Source: Pseudomonadota bacterium
GTDB taxonomy: Bacteria > Bdellovibrionota_B > Oligoflexia > Oligoflexales > CAIYRB01
NCBI GenBank assembly: GCA_031416315.1
Contig: JANOTL010000109.1
Coordinates: 64,001-128,000 of the forward strand
Length of the DNA stretch: 64,000 nt
Direction of reading: 5' to 3'
The position numbers were made by a program, and so were the translations under genes. Each line of letters starts with the position of its first letter. Positions within the stretch are counted from its first letter, which is position 1. Shown in pieces: positions 1-8,820 of this stretch. The notes beneath the pieces are model-generated. The model worked only from the letters and a program-made list of their open reading frames with translations, was not told the origin of the DNA and made no database searches.

Positions 1-1
1 C

Positions 2-325
2 GTCCAAGGCCAAGCGGGTGACGCCGCCGCCGCGCTTCTCTGCGAGGCGCGCCCGCGCGTGGTCGACCAGGATCCGGCGCATGATTTGGGCCGCGATCCC
101 GTAAAAATGCGCCCGATTCTGCCATTCGACGGCCTTCTGGTCGACCAAGCGGAAGTAGGCCTCGTTGACGAGCGCCGTCGCTTGCAGCGTGTGGCCGGCG
201 CTCTCGCGGCGCATGTACCCGGCGGCGATCTTGCGCAGCTCGTCGTAGACCACGGGAAATAGCTCGGCCAAGGCCTTCTCGTCGCCTTGATGGTGGCGCA
301 GAAGCATCTGGGTGACGTCGGTCAT
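2..325 (-). CDS. ECF-type RNA polymerase sigma-70 factor (TIGR02999-like), 3' end beyond window edge
   Basis: Absent from the ORF track because it runs off the edge. Hand translation from ATG 325: [60 protein letters not shown]...[24 protein letters not shown], the typical signature of this ECF group. Confidence 0.9.
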   Translation of the reverse strand, partial: MTDVTQMLLRHHQGDEKALAELFPVVYDELRKIAAGYMRRESAGHTLQATALVNEAYFRLVDQKAVEWQNRAHFYGIAAQIMRRILVDHARARLAEKRGGGVTRLALD

Positions 326-530
326 GGCGAACCTCGCGGCGGTGGTGGGCCATGGAAACACGGGAAACGCGGTTTTTCCAGGGTTTTGCGCCGGGGCCTT
401 GCAAGCGGTGAAGAGTGCGCGCCGCGCGGGTTTGCCGCCTCGCAGACGGAAACCCTATGGAACAAGGGTCGAGAGCGAAGGCGCGAAAGTCGTCGGCGGA
501 CGTCCGCTTCGGAAAAAAGCTGTTTGGCAC

Positions 531-559
531 TTGATTTTTAGCATCCGGCGCCTTAGTGT
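531..559 (+). promoter_or_regulatory. Putative sigma-70 promoter of HU gene
   Basis: TTGATT-N17-TAGTGT, followed by a GGAGG RBS before ATG 608. Confidence 0.45.
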
Positions 560-607
560 CGTTGAAAGAGTTGTCGACACCTGTTTTTATCGGAGGGCCT
601 TTAGGCC

Positions 608-1045
608 ATGGCGAAGAAGACCAAGAAGACCACGACGGCGAAGAAGAAGACCACCACCGCAACGGCGAAGTCCGCCCCCAAGGCAAAAGCCAGCGCGAAA
701 GAGGCGAAAACCCTCATGCCGCTCGCGAAAGTGAACCCGGCCTCCACGCCGCGCACGAAGAGCGAAATCATGGGCATCCTCGCGGACACGACCGGCGTCT
801 CCAAGAAGGAAGTCTCGGCGCTCTTCGCCTCGCTCTCCGACATCATCGGCAAGGACGTGGGCAAAAAAGGCTGCGGCCTGTTCACCGTCCCGGGCCTGAT
901 GAAGATCCGCCGCGTCACGCGCCCGGCGACCAAGGCCCGCAAAGGCATCAACCCGTTCACGGGCGAAGAGCAAATGTTCAAGGCGAAGCCGGCGCGCAAC
1001 GTCGTCAAAGTTCGCCCGCTCAAGGCCCTGAAGGACATGGTCTGA
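608..1045 (+). CDS. HU/IHF-family DNA-binding protein with Lys/Thr/Ala-rich N-terminal tail
   Basis: TKSEI..LADTTGVSKKEV, FTVPGLMKI, RKGINPFTGEE..FKAKPARNVVKVRPLKALKD motifs; GGAGG RBS; terminator follows. Confidence 0.93.
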   Translation: MAKKTKKTTTAKKKTTTATAKSAPKAKASAKEAKTLMPLAKVNPASTPRTKSEIMGILADTTGVSKKEVSALFASLSDIIGKDVGKKGCGLFTVPGLMKIRRVTRPATKARKGINPFTGEEQMFKAKPARNVVKVRPLKALKDMV

Positions 1046-1073
1046 ACTAGACCGTTCTCTCGGTGCGCAAGTG

Positions 1074-1107
1074 ACCGGGGCCCTTTCGGGGGCCCCGGTT
1101 TCTTTTT
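1074..1107 (+). terminator. Intrinsic terminator after HU gene
   Basis: ACCGGGGCCCT-TTCG-GGGGCCCCGGT stem-loop followed by TTCTTTTT. Confidence 0.9.
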
Positions 1108-1230
1108 CTGGCGCGCTCGCGGCCCGCGGCGATCCTGCGGCGGTCGCATCGGCACCGCCGGCAAGAACCCGAGTGGCAAGGAATCTGCTAGAATCCCTGG
1201 AAATCATCAGCGCCAATTCCTTGAGTTCCC

Positions 1231-2586
1231 ATGCTCGGACCTCGCCTCGCCTCTCTCCCTTTGGCCGTCGTCCTCGCGGCTTGCGTCCACGCGCCGACGG
1301 CGAGACCCGACGCGGCGACGGTCCTGGCAGCGGCGCGCGCCTTTCGGTTGCCGGAGCCGCCGCGCCCGGACGTCGCGACCCGGGCCCGCGCGGCACTGGG
1401 CCGGAAGCTGTTTCACGATGCGCGCCTCTCCCGCGATCAGGCCACTGCCTGCGCGACCTGCCATCAACCCGAGCGGCTTTTTACGGATGGCGCGACGACG
1501 CCTCCGGCGCATCCGGGCGTGCGGCGTCATACGCCGACGGTCGTCAACACGTACGCCTCCCGTTGGCTCTTCTGGGACGGGCGCGCCGACTCGCTCGTCG
1601 CCCAGGCCATTCAGCCCCTAGAAAGCCCGCACGAGCACGGGCTTACGCGTCGCGAGATCGTCGAGATCGTCGGCCGGATTTACGCCGAAGACTATGCCGC
1701 AGTCTTCGGGCCGATTCCCGCGCAAACGCGCGAGGGCACGCCGCCGAAGATCGACGCCGCCGTCGACCGAGAGCTGCTCGACGCCGCCATCGACACCCTG
1801 CCGGCGAGCGAGCGGCGCGGGCTCATGACCGCCGCCCGCCGGGCGAAAGAGCCGGAATACCGGATCTTCGAGGCCGAGCGGCTCGGCCGCTCCCCCGGGG
1901 CTTCGGCGAGCTGGGGCCGCGAGATCGATGCCGTCGCTGCCAACGTCGCGGCGGCGCTCGCCGCCTACGAGCGTGGCCTCGTCACGGCCCCCGCCGCGTT
2001 CGACCGCTTCGTCGATCGCCTCGCGGCCGAGCCGACGGCAGGCGTCGAGGCGGCGTTTTCGGCCGATTTCGGCGCCGAGGAGCTCGCGGGCTTCGCGACC
2101 TTCGTGGGCGACGGACGGTGCGCGTTGTGCCACGCGGGGCCGTTCTTCTCGAATGAGCAGTTTCACAACGTCGGGCTGCCGGAGCGCGAGGGCCAGCTCG
2201 AGCTCGGGCGCGCCCTCGGCATGCGGTTGGCGCGCGAAGACCTCTTCAACTGCGCGGGGCCGCATGCGCCGAAAGGGCAGGGGAAGGCGGAAAGCTGCCT
2301 CGAGCTACCCCACCTCGCGCTGCGCTCGACTGCGGCGATCGGCGCGTTCAAGACGCCGTCTCTGCGCAACGTCGCGCTGACGGCGCCATACGCGCACGAT
2401 GGTCGCTTCGCGACTCTGGCGGAGGTGCTCAAGCACTACGACCGCTTGGAGACGCGCTCGATCTTGGGACATCGCGACGAGACCTTGCGCCCGCTCGGTT
2501 TCTCGGACGCTCGGCTACGACAATTGGAGGCGTTCCTGACGGCCCTTTCGGCGCCGGTCTTGGACCTCTCCGCAGACAAAGGCTGA
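1231..2586 (+). CDS. Di-heme cytochrome c peroxidase/MauG-superfamily lipoprotein
   Basis: Lipobox VLAAC; LGRKLFHDARLS; two CxxCH motifs (CATCH, CALCH); FWDGRA; FHNVGL; FKTPSLRNVALTAPYAHDG. Confidence 0.92.
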   Translation: MLGPRLASLPLAVVLAACVHAPTARPDAATVLAAARAFRLPEPPRPDVATRARAALGRKLFHDARLSRDQATACATCHQPERLFTDGATTPPAHPGVRRHTPTVVNTYASRWLFWDGRADSLVAQAIQPLESPHEHGLTRREIVEIVGRIYAEDYAAVFGPIPAQTREGTPPKIDAAVDRELLDAAIDTLPASERRGLMTAARRAKEPEYRIFEAERLGRSPGASASWGREIDAVAANVAAALAAYERGLVTAPAAFDRFVDRLAAEPTAGVEAAFSADFGAEELAGFATFVGDGRCALCHAGPFFSNEQFHNVGLPEREGQLELGRALGMRLAREDLFNCAGPHAPKGQGKAESCLELPHLALRSTAAIGAFKTPSLRNVALTAPYAHDGRFATLAEVLKHYDRLETRSILGHRDETLRPLGFSDARLRQLEAFLTALSAPVLDLSADKG

Positions 2587-2591
2587 CGCTC

Positions 2592-4547
2592 ATGCTGCGC
2601 TTCAACGGAATCTTCGTGGCCCTCGCTTGTCTCGCCGTCCCGCTCGGGTGCAAGACGACGGAAAACGTCGCCGTCAAAGAAGGCGTCGGCGCGCAGAAGC
2701 GGCGCGAGCTGCGCGCAGGGGCCTGGCAGCAGAAGGAGCAGGATCTTGCACTGACGGCGCCCGAGGCCGAAGACGGCGCGCCCGGCGCGCTGATCGACGT
2801 GACGATGACGAGCCAGGTCGGCGTCCTGCTCGATGAGGTCCCGGTGTCGATGCGCGGACGCGCCGCGGCCGCGTACTTGCAGCAGCCCGATCAGTTTTGG
2901 ATCGAGCGCGCGAAGGCGCAGGTGCGCCTGGCGACGTATCGTCTCGTGTTCCGCAACTACTTCTACCGACCGGGAAAAATGCAGCTGCCCTTGCCGCCCG
3001 AGTCGCTGTGGGCGATCGAGCTCGTCGGGCCGCCGGCGCGCGAGACCGGGGCGAAGCACGATACGGTGGTGGTCGGCTATCGGCTCAAGACGACCTTGCT
3101 CACGACGCCCACCTCGCCGAAGCTCTCGGAGCCGCGCCTCGGCACGATCGGTGGCACTTGGGAGGAGGCCTTCACTTTTCCGATCGATCCCGAGCTGATC
3201 TTCCAGCGGACCGGCTACGCGTGCATGGATGAGGCCGAGTTCCCGCCGAACAGCGTCGACGCGGAGGAAGCCGACTCGTTCTACGACCACGAGTGCGTCG
3301 TCGAGAAGGAGCCGTCGCTCGCGGGTTGCCATCAACATCTGCCGCTTCCTGACAAGACCTGCCAGCAAGCGTTGCGCGACCACGTCGGAAAAGTGGACAC
3401 CAAGCTCGTCTTCACGCGGCGGGCGTGGAGCGAGGCGGTCGCGAACCAGGTGCGGGTCGGACCGACGACGACCACCGCGGGCGCCGACCTTCAGGTCGTC
3501 AAGGAAGAGTTTCACCTCAATCGGACCGTCTATAAGTATTTCGCGCCCGGCGCCTGCGAGCTCGAAGAGCAGTGCATCGCGGCGCCCGGTTGGCGGCGCC
3601 TCTTGCAATTCGCGACCTCGGACCGCAACACGGGGAACCAGACCTTGGACATCGGGCCGATCGATTATTACCTCACGGGCGCCGGCGGCCCGACGGTCAA
3701 TGATCAGAATCACGTCTTCGAATTTTCCGCCTGCCACAAGCATTACCACTTCACGCACTACGGCTCGTTCGCGTTGGGCGAAGACAAGGCGCTCACGACG
3801 AAGCGCGGCTTTTGCCTGCAGAGCACGAACCGCTTCAGCAACATCGAGAATAGCCCACTCCACCATCCTTACGGCGGCTGCGAGTACCAAGGCGTTTCAG
3901 TCGGCTGGGTCGATCAGTACAAGATCGGGTTGCCTTGCCAGTGGGTCGATGTCACCGATGTGACGACGACGAAGCCCTTGCCTTTGACCTTCACGTCCAA
4001 CCCGGACGGCTTTCTCTGCGAGGGCGTGCCCGTCCTCGACGCGGCCGGTCATCCCGTTTTCGAGCCGACGGCCTTCCGCACGGCGAATGGCGAGGTCGTG
4101 AGCCGCGCGAAATGCGACTTCGCGCCAGGTTGGTACGACAACAACGTCGACACATACGACGTCGCGCTGCAGGCGCCGGGCGAAGGCTACGTCACCAAAC
4201 CCTGCGACCGCGGTCAAGTCGGCCCGCTGCGCAACTGCGGCCTGAAGAACACGAAGGTGAAGATCGCATGCGCCGCGGGGGCGCCGACGACGCTGAAGTG
4301 CTCGGTGCCGGCGGGCGCCGCGCCGCAGGTCTTGCGCGTTTGCGACCATTCGAAGCGCCTCGGCACCGGGATCCCGTGCACGCACGACGCGGGCCTCGTT
4401 TCCTTGGCGCTGGAGGCAGGGAAGACGAACGTTTCTTTCACTTGCCCGGCGGCGCGGGATGCCGCGGAGCCCGGGGGCGCGGTCGCGCTTTATACGGCGC
4501 CCGTGCTCACCGGGGACGCGGCGGCGACGGTGACCTGCGCCTTCTAA
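2592..4547 (+). CDS. Cys-rich lipoprotein with lysyl oxidase-like domain
   Basis: Lipobox PLGC; RRLLQF; Cu-binding-type FSACHKHYHF; KRGFCL; QGVSVGWVDQY...CQWVDVTDV parallels the LOX catalytic domain. Confidence 0.82.
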   Translation: MLRFNGIFVALACLAVPLGCKTTENVAVKEGVGAQKRRELRAGAWQQKEQDLALTAPEAEDGAPGALIDVTMTSQVGVLLDEVPVSMRGRAAAAYLQQPDQFWIERAKAQVRLATYRLVFRNYFYRPGKMQLPLPPESLWAIELVGPPARETGAKHDTVVVGYRLKTTLLTTPTSPKLSEPRLGTIGGTWEEAFTFPIDPELIFQRTGYACMDEAEFPPNSVDAEEADSFYDHECVVEKEPSLAGCHQHLPLPDKTCQQALRDHVGKVDTKLVFTRRAWSEAVANQVRVGPTTTTAGADLQVVKEEFHLNRTVYKYFAPGACELEEQCIAAPGWRRLLQFATSDRNTGNQTLDIGPIDYYLTGAGGPTVNDQNHVFEFSACHKHYHFTHYGSFALGEDKALTTKRGFCLQSTNRFSNIENSPLHHPYGGCEYQGVSVGWVDQYKIGLPCQWVDVTDVTTTKPLPLTFTSNPDGFLCEGVPVLDAAGHPVFEPTAFRTANGEVVSRAKCDFAPGWYDNNVDTYDVALQAPGEGYVTKPCDRGQVGPLRNCGLKNTKVKIACAAGAPTTLKCSVPAGAAPQVLRVCDHSKRLGTGIPCTHDAGLVSLALEAGKTNVSFTCPAARDAAEPGGAVALYTAPVLTGDAAATVTCAF

Positions 4548-4636
4548 TTTACGTCGTTGGACCACGCCACGCGGCCACGCATGCCAATGGGTGAAATTGC
4601 GTAGGCCATGGCGGAGGCCTAGATCTGCTTGAAGCT

Positions 4637-4645
4637 TGGTACAAT
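4637..4645 (+). promoter_or_regulatory. Putative extended -10 promoter of PAS kinase
   Basis: TGgTACAAT in the intergenic gap. Confidence 0.4.
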
Positions 4646-4722
4646 GCCAGAGCCGGCCAAAACCCGGGCACGAAACAAGCGCGACCCGTGCCCCCGGCAC
4701 GCCGCGAAGACGGGACGACATC

Positions 4723-6993
4723 GTGATCAGCTCGGCGCTCGCGGACGCACTCGACGACAAGTTTCTTCACGCTCCAGACCTCCTTTGCGTCCTGAGCGAC
4801 GAAGGTAGGCTCGAGCACGTCAACGCGGTCATGCGCGACGGATTCGCGAAGGTCGCGGGTGATTTGCGGGGCCAGCTCTTAGGGAGCCTCTGCGAGCCCG
4901 CGGACAGCCGGCGCTTTCGAGAGGAGCTGAGCGCGCTCCCGCCCGACGGGTGCGCGCGGCAGGTCGACTTGCCCATGCGGATGAACGGCGGCCAGCGCTG
5001 GATCTCTTGGGTGCTACGCCGCGTGGAGACGCGCATCTTCGGCTCAGGGCGCGACGTGACCGCAAGCCGCCTCATCGAGTCGACAGCGCGTGAGATCCAG
5101 GTCCAAGCGCGGATCGGAGGGTGGATCCTCAACGTCGCGGACGGGACGACCACCTGGACCGACATCCTGTACGAGATCCATGGCGTACCGCTCGGAACGC
5201 CGACGAACCTCATCGACGGCCTCTCCTACTACCACCCGGACGATCGGCCGCGACTTTCCGCGCACCTTGAGGCGGCGGTCCGCGAACGCCGCCCCTTTGA
5301 CGACGAGTTCCGGTTTCGGACCCGGGACGGCCTCGAGCTCTGGATTCGCAGCACGGGCGTTCCCAAGCTCGCTGATTCGGGCGAGGTCATGGAGATTCGA
5401 GGGACTTTCCAGGACATCACCAGTCTGAAGCGCGCGGAGTTCGAGTCCAAAGACACGGTCTCGAAGTTGAGTCACCTCCTTCGCAATGCCCCGGGGATGG
5501 TCTACCAGTTCCGCATGGCCCCGGACGGGAAGATGTACTTTCCTTATGCGAGCGCCAAGACCTTCGAGATCTACGGCATCGAGCCCGAAGACTTTCGTGC
5601 CAATCCTTCGCTCATGCTGGATATGGTCCACACGGACGACAAGGATGGACTCAGGCTCGCGATCGAGGCCTCGGCCCGCACCATGACGCCGTTCCACTGG
5701 CAAGGCCGGATCGAGACGAAGGCCGGCGTCGTGAAGTGGATCCGGGCCAACAGCATCCCGGTCGCGCAAACGGACGGCTCGATCCTTTGGGACGGGATCG
5801 TCATCGACGTCTCCCGCGAGGTCACGCTGCAGCGGCAAGTCGACGAGCAACGGCAGCTGGCGGAGCAGGCGGCGAAGATGGCGGCGATCGGCGAGCTCGC
5901 GGCCGGCGTCGGCCATGAGATCAACAATCCGCTGGCGATTGCCTGCGCCGTGACGGCCAACATCGAGGCGCGTCTCGCGGCCGAGAGCCCCGTCAATCCC
6001 GAGCTGGCGCGCCTCTTCCGCAAGAACGAGGCCGCCCTCGAACGCATCCGCGGCATCGTGCGCGGGCTGGCCAATTTCATCGTGGATCGCGCGCATGGGG
6101 ATCGCGTCGCGGACCTCAACGAGGCGCTCGCGACGACCGTCGATCTGGTGCGCGAGGTCATCCGCAGCGACCAGATCGAGATCGCTCTCGACTTGCATCC
6201 CGCGCCGCTCCTCGTTTCTTGCAACATCAGCCAGCTCCAGCAAGTCATCATGAATCTGATCTCGAACGCGCGCGACGCCACCAAGGGCGTCCCGCGCGGC
6301 CGCATCGCGCTGTCTTCGCGCCTTGACGGAGATCGCGCAACGGCCGCGATCGAAGACAACGGCCATGGGATCGCGGACGAGAATCGGAGCAAGATATTCT
6401 CGACCTTTTTCACGACCAAGCCGCGCGGCGAGGGCACGGGACTGGGCTTGGCGCTGTCGAGGAATATCGTCTCCGCGAGTGGTGGTCGCGTCAGCTTCGA
6501 GTCCACGCTCGGCGTCGGCACGACGTTTCTCGTATCGCTTCCCTTGGCGCCCGAGGCTGAGCCTTCGCCCGCGCTTCAGCCCGAGCCGGCACCGAAGGCG
6601 ACGCGAGCCCAAGCTTCGCGGCCTTCGGTTTTGGTCGTCGACGACGAACCAGATCTCCGCGAGATTCTCTGCGACCAGCTCGGCGCCGCCGGCCTGGAAG
6701 CGGTCGCGGCCGAGAACGGGCGCCATGCGCTGGAAATCCTGGCGCATCGAACCTTTGATCTCCTGTTCACCGACCTCAAGATGCCCGAAATGGGCGGGGT
6801 CGAGCTCGTAAGACGCGTCCGTGAGGAGCTTCGGCATAGCCGCATGACTTTCGTGGCCGGCACCGGCGCGTCGATGCTCGATCCCGCCGCGAGCTTGGAA
6901 CTATTCGCTCACGTGTTGACGAAGCCTTATGGGCTCGAGGAATTGCAGCGTATCGTTGTCGGCTTGCTCAGTCGCAGCGAGCGAGCGCGCTGA
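4723..6993 (+). CDS. Multi-PAS hybrid sensor histidine kinase (HisKA, HATPase, REC)
   Basis: PAS motifs (YHPDDR, VHTDD); H-box GHEINNPL; N-box QVIMNLISNARDA; FFTTKPRGEGTGLGL; REC VLVVDDE...TDLKMP. Start uncertain (GTG 4723 chosen; ORF is open from 4636). Confidence 0.92.
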   Translation: MISSALADALDDKFLHAPDLLCVLSDEGRLEHVNAVMRDGFAKVAGDLRGQLLGSLCEPADSRRFREELSALPPDGCARQVDLPMRMNGGQRWISWVLRRVETRIFGSGRDVTASRLIESTAREIQVQARIGGWILNVADGTTTWTDILYEIHGVPLGTPTNLIDGLSYYHPDDRPRLSAHLEAAVRERRPFDDEFRFRTRDGLELWIRSTGVPKLADSGEVMEIRGTFQDITSLKRAEFESKDTVSKLSHLLRNAPGMVYQFRMAPDGKMYFPYASAKTFEIYGIEPEDFRANPSLMLDMVHTDDKDGLRLAIEASARTMTPFHWQGRIETKAGVVKWIRANSIPVAQTDGSILWDGIVIDVSREVTLQRQVDEQRQLAEQAAKMAAIGELAAGVGHEINNPLAIACAVTANIEARLAAESPVNPELARLFRKNEAALERIRGIVRGLANFIVDRAHGDRVADLNEALATTVDLVREVIRSDQIEIALDLHPAPLLVSCNISQLQQVIMNLISNARDATKGVPRGRIALSSRLDGDRATAAIEDNGHGIADENRSKIFSTFFTTKPRGEGTGLGLALSRNIVSASGGRVSFESTLGVGTTFLVSLPLAPEAEPSPALQPEPAPKATRAQASRPSVLVVDDEPDLREILCDQLGAAGLEAVAAENGRHALEILAHRTFDLLFTDLKMPEMGGVELVRRVREELRHSRMTFVAGTGASMLDPAASLELFAHVLTKPYGLEELQRIVVGLLSRSERAR

Positions 6994-7000
6994 CCTCGCG

Positions 7001-7882
7001 TTACTTGAGCGAGCGCGGATCTAGGAGATCACGCAGCGCGTCGCCGAGGAAGTTGAGCGCCATCACCAGCGTCATGATCGCGAGCCCCGGGACCATCGAC
7101 AGGAACGGGGCCTCGGTGAGCACCGTGCGGCCTTGTCCCAAGATAGCGCCCCAGCTCGGCGCGCCGTCGTTGGCGCCAAGTCCCAAGAAGGAGAGCGAAG
7201 CCTCGACGATGATGACGCCCGAGAGGGCGAAGGTCGCTTGCACCAGGAGCGGCGAGAACGTCGAGGGAAAGACGTGCTTCGTGATCGTGCGCCAGTCGCT
7301 GGCTCCGAGCGCATGGCTCGCCTGCACGAACTCGCGCTCGCGCACGCTCAGCGTTTGCCCGCGGATCAGGCGCGCAGAGCTGGTCCAGCCGGTGGCGGCG
7401 ATGGCGAAGATGACGTTGTGGCGCGAAGGTCCCATGAGCGCCGCAAGCGACATGGCGAGGAGGATCCCGGGAAAAGCCATCAGGAGGTCGACGGTGCGCA
7501 TGAGGATCGTGTCGATCCAGCCGCGTTTGTAGCCGGCGACGAGGCCGATCGAGGCGCCGAGCGTGACCGAGAGCGCGACGGTAAGGAAGCTGATGTAGAG
7601 AGAGGTGCGCGCGCCGTAGAGCATCGCGGTCAAGACGCTGCCGCCATTCAAGTCGCGGCCGAGCCAGTCGGCCATGCCTGGAAGCACGCCCGGCCTTTGG
7701 AGCCTGAGGGCGACGTCCATGTCTTCCGGCGCGGTCGGCGCGATCCAGGGCGCAAGGACGGCGAGGACGACGACGACCGAGATCGTGGTGACGCCGAACC
7801 AGACGCGCGGATTGCGGGAGAACCGCCGCAACTGCTCGCGCTGGTGGTGGTCGAGGAGACGGCGCTTGAAGAAAGGCGTCAC
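7001..7882 (-). CDS. dppC: Peptide ABC transporter permease (DppC/OppC family)
   Basis: LGRDLNG, ARLIRGQTLSVREREFVQASHALGAS (EAA-type loop), EASLSFLGLG, NFLGDALRDLLDPR. GTG 7882 start chosen. Confidence 0.9.
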   Translation of the reverse strand: MTPFFKRRLLDHHQREQLRRFSRNPRVWFGVTTISVVVVLAVLAPWIAPTAPEDMDVALRLQRPGVLPGMADWLGRDLNGGSVLTAMLYGARTSLYISFLTVALSVTLGASIGLVAGYKRGWIDTILMRTVDLLMAFPGILLAMSLAALMGPSRHNVIFAIAATGWTSSARLIRGQTLSVREREFVQASHALGASDWRTITKHVFPSTFSPLLVQATFALSGVIIVEASLSFLGLGANDGAPSWGAILGQGRTVLTEAPFLSMVPGLAIMTLVMALNFLGDALRDLLDPRSLK

Positions 7883-7883
7883 C

Positions 7884-8807
7884 TCAACGGGCAGTCTTGA
7901 TGCGTGGGTCGACGAGGGCATAGGCCATATCCGTGAGCAGGTTGACCACCAGGTACGTGGCGGAGAACGTCAGGACGCACCCCTGGACGAGCGGGTAGTC
8001 GCGGTTGTTGATGCCGTCGAGGATGAGGCTGCCGAGCCCCGGCCAGTCGAAGATGCGCTCGGTGATGATCGCGCCCGTGAGGAGCACGCCGAACTGCAGG
8101 CCGACGATCGTAACGAGCGGCAGGGCGGCGTTACGGAGCACGTGCTTCAGGACGACCTTCGCCTCGCCGACGCCTTTGGCGCGGGCGGTGCGGACGAAGT
8201 CCTCTTTCAGGTTGTCGAGCATCGAGTTGCGGGTCATGCGCGAGAGGATGGCCGCGAGCGGGATGCCGAGCGTCATCGCCGGGAGCACGTAGGAGTTCCA
8301 GTCGCCGCGCTCCGAGACCGGGAAAAAGCCCAACTTCAGGGAGAAGACGAGGACGAGCATCGGACCGAGCCAGAAGTTCGGCACGGCGACGCCGGTGAGG
8401 GCGAAGCCCATCGCCGTATAATCGGTGAATTTCCCTTGGCGCAGCGCGCTGATGATGCCGAGCGGCAGGCTGACGCACAGGGCGACGATCATGGCGAGGC
8501 AAGCGAGCTCGAGCGTCGCCTGCACGCGCGAGGCGATCATCGTCTCTACTGGCTTGCGGTAGATCAGGGAGTCGCCGAGGTGGCCTTGCGCGATTTGCGA
8601 GTAGTAGCGCCCTAGCTGAATGACGAAGGGTTGGTCGAGGCCCATGTCTTTCTTGAGCTGGACCTTCTCTTCCTGCGTCGCGTAGGGGCCGAGGATGGTG
8701 TCGGCCGGATCGCCGGGCACCGTGTGGATCAACATCGACACGACGGCGACGACCCCGAGGCCGACGGGGATGAGAGCCAAGAGGCGCCGCATGAAGAAGG
8801 TCAGCAC
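7884..8807 (-). CDS. dppB: Peptide ABC transporter permease (DppB/OppB family)
   Basis: PGDPA, GLDQP, DFVRTARAKG, ERIFDWPGLG, RDYPLVQG, DPRI. Confidence 0.92.
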   Translation of the reverse strand: MLTFFMRRLLALIPVGLGVVAVVSMLIHTVPGDPADTILGPYATQEEKVQLKKDMGLDQPFVIQLGRYYSQIAQGHLGDSLIYRKPVETMIASRVQATLELACLAMIVALCVSLPLGIISALRQGKFTDYTAMGFALTGVAVPNFWLGPMLVLVFSLKLGFFPVSERGDWNSYVLPAMTLGIPLAAILSRMTRNSMLDNLKEDFVRTARAKGVGEAKVVLKHVLRNAALPLVTIVGLQFGVLLTGAIITERIFDWPGLGSLILDGINNRDYPLVQGCVLTFSATYLVVNLLTDMAYALVDPRIKTAR

Positions 8808-8820
8808 GCTGCCCCCTGAG

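Noticed and set aside
5044..6837. 597-aa minus ORF (and similar ones at 2436-3890, 10173-11813, 27527-28882, 54471-56279)
   Set aside because: All are antisense to well-supported genes and lack recognisable motifs.
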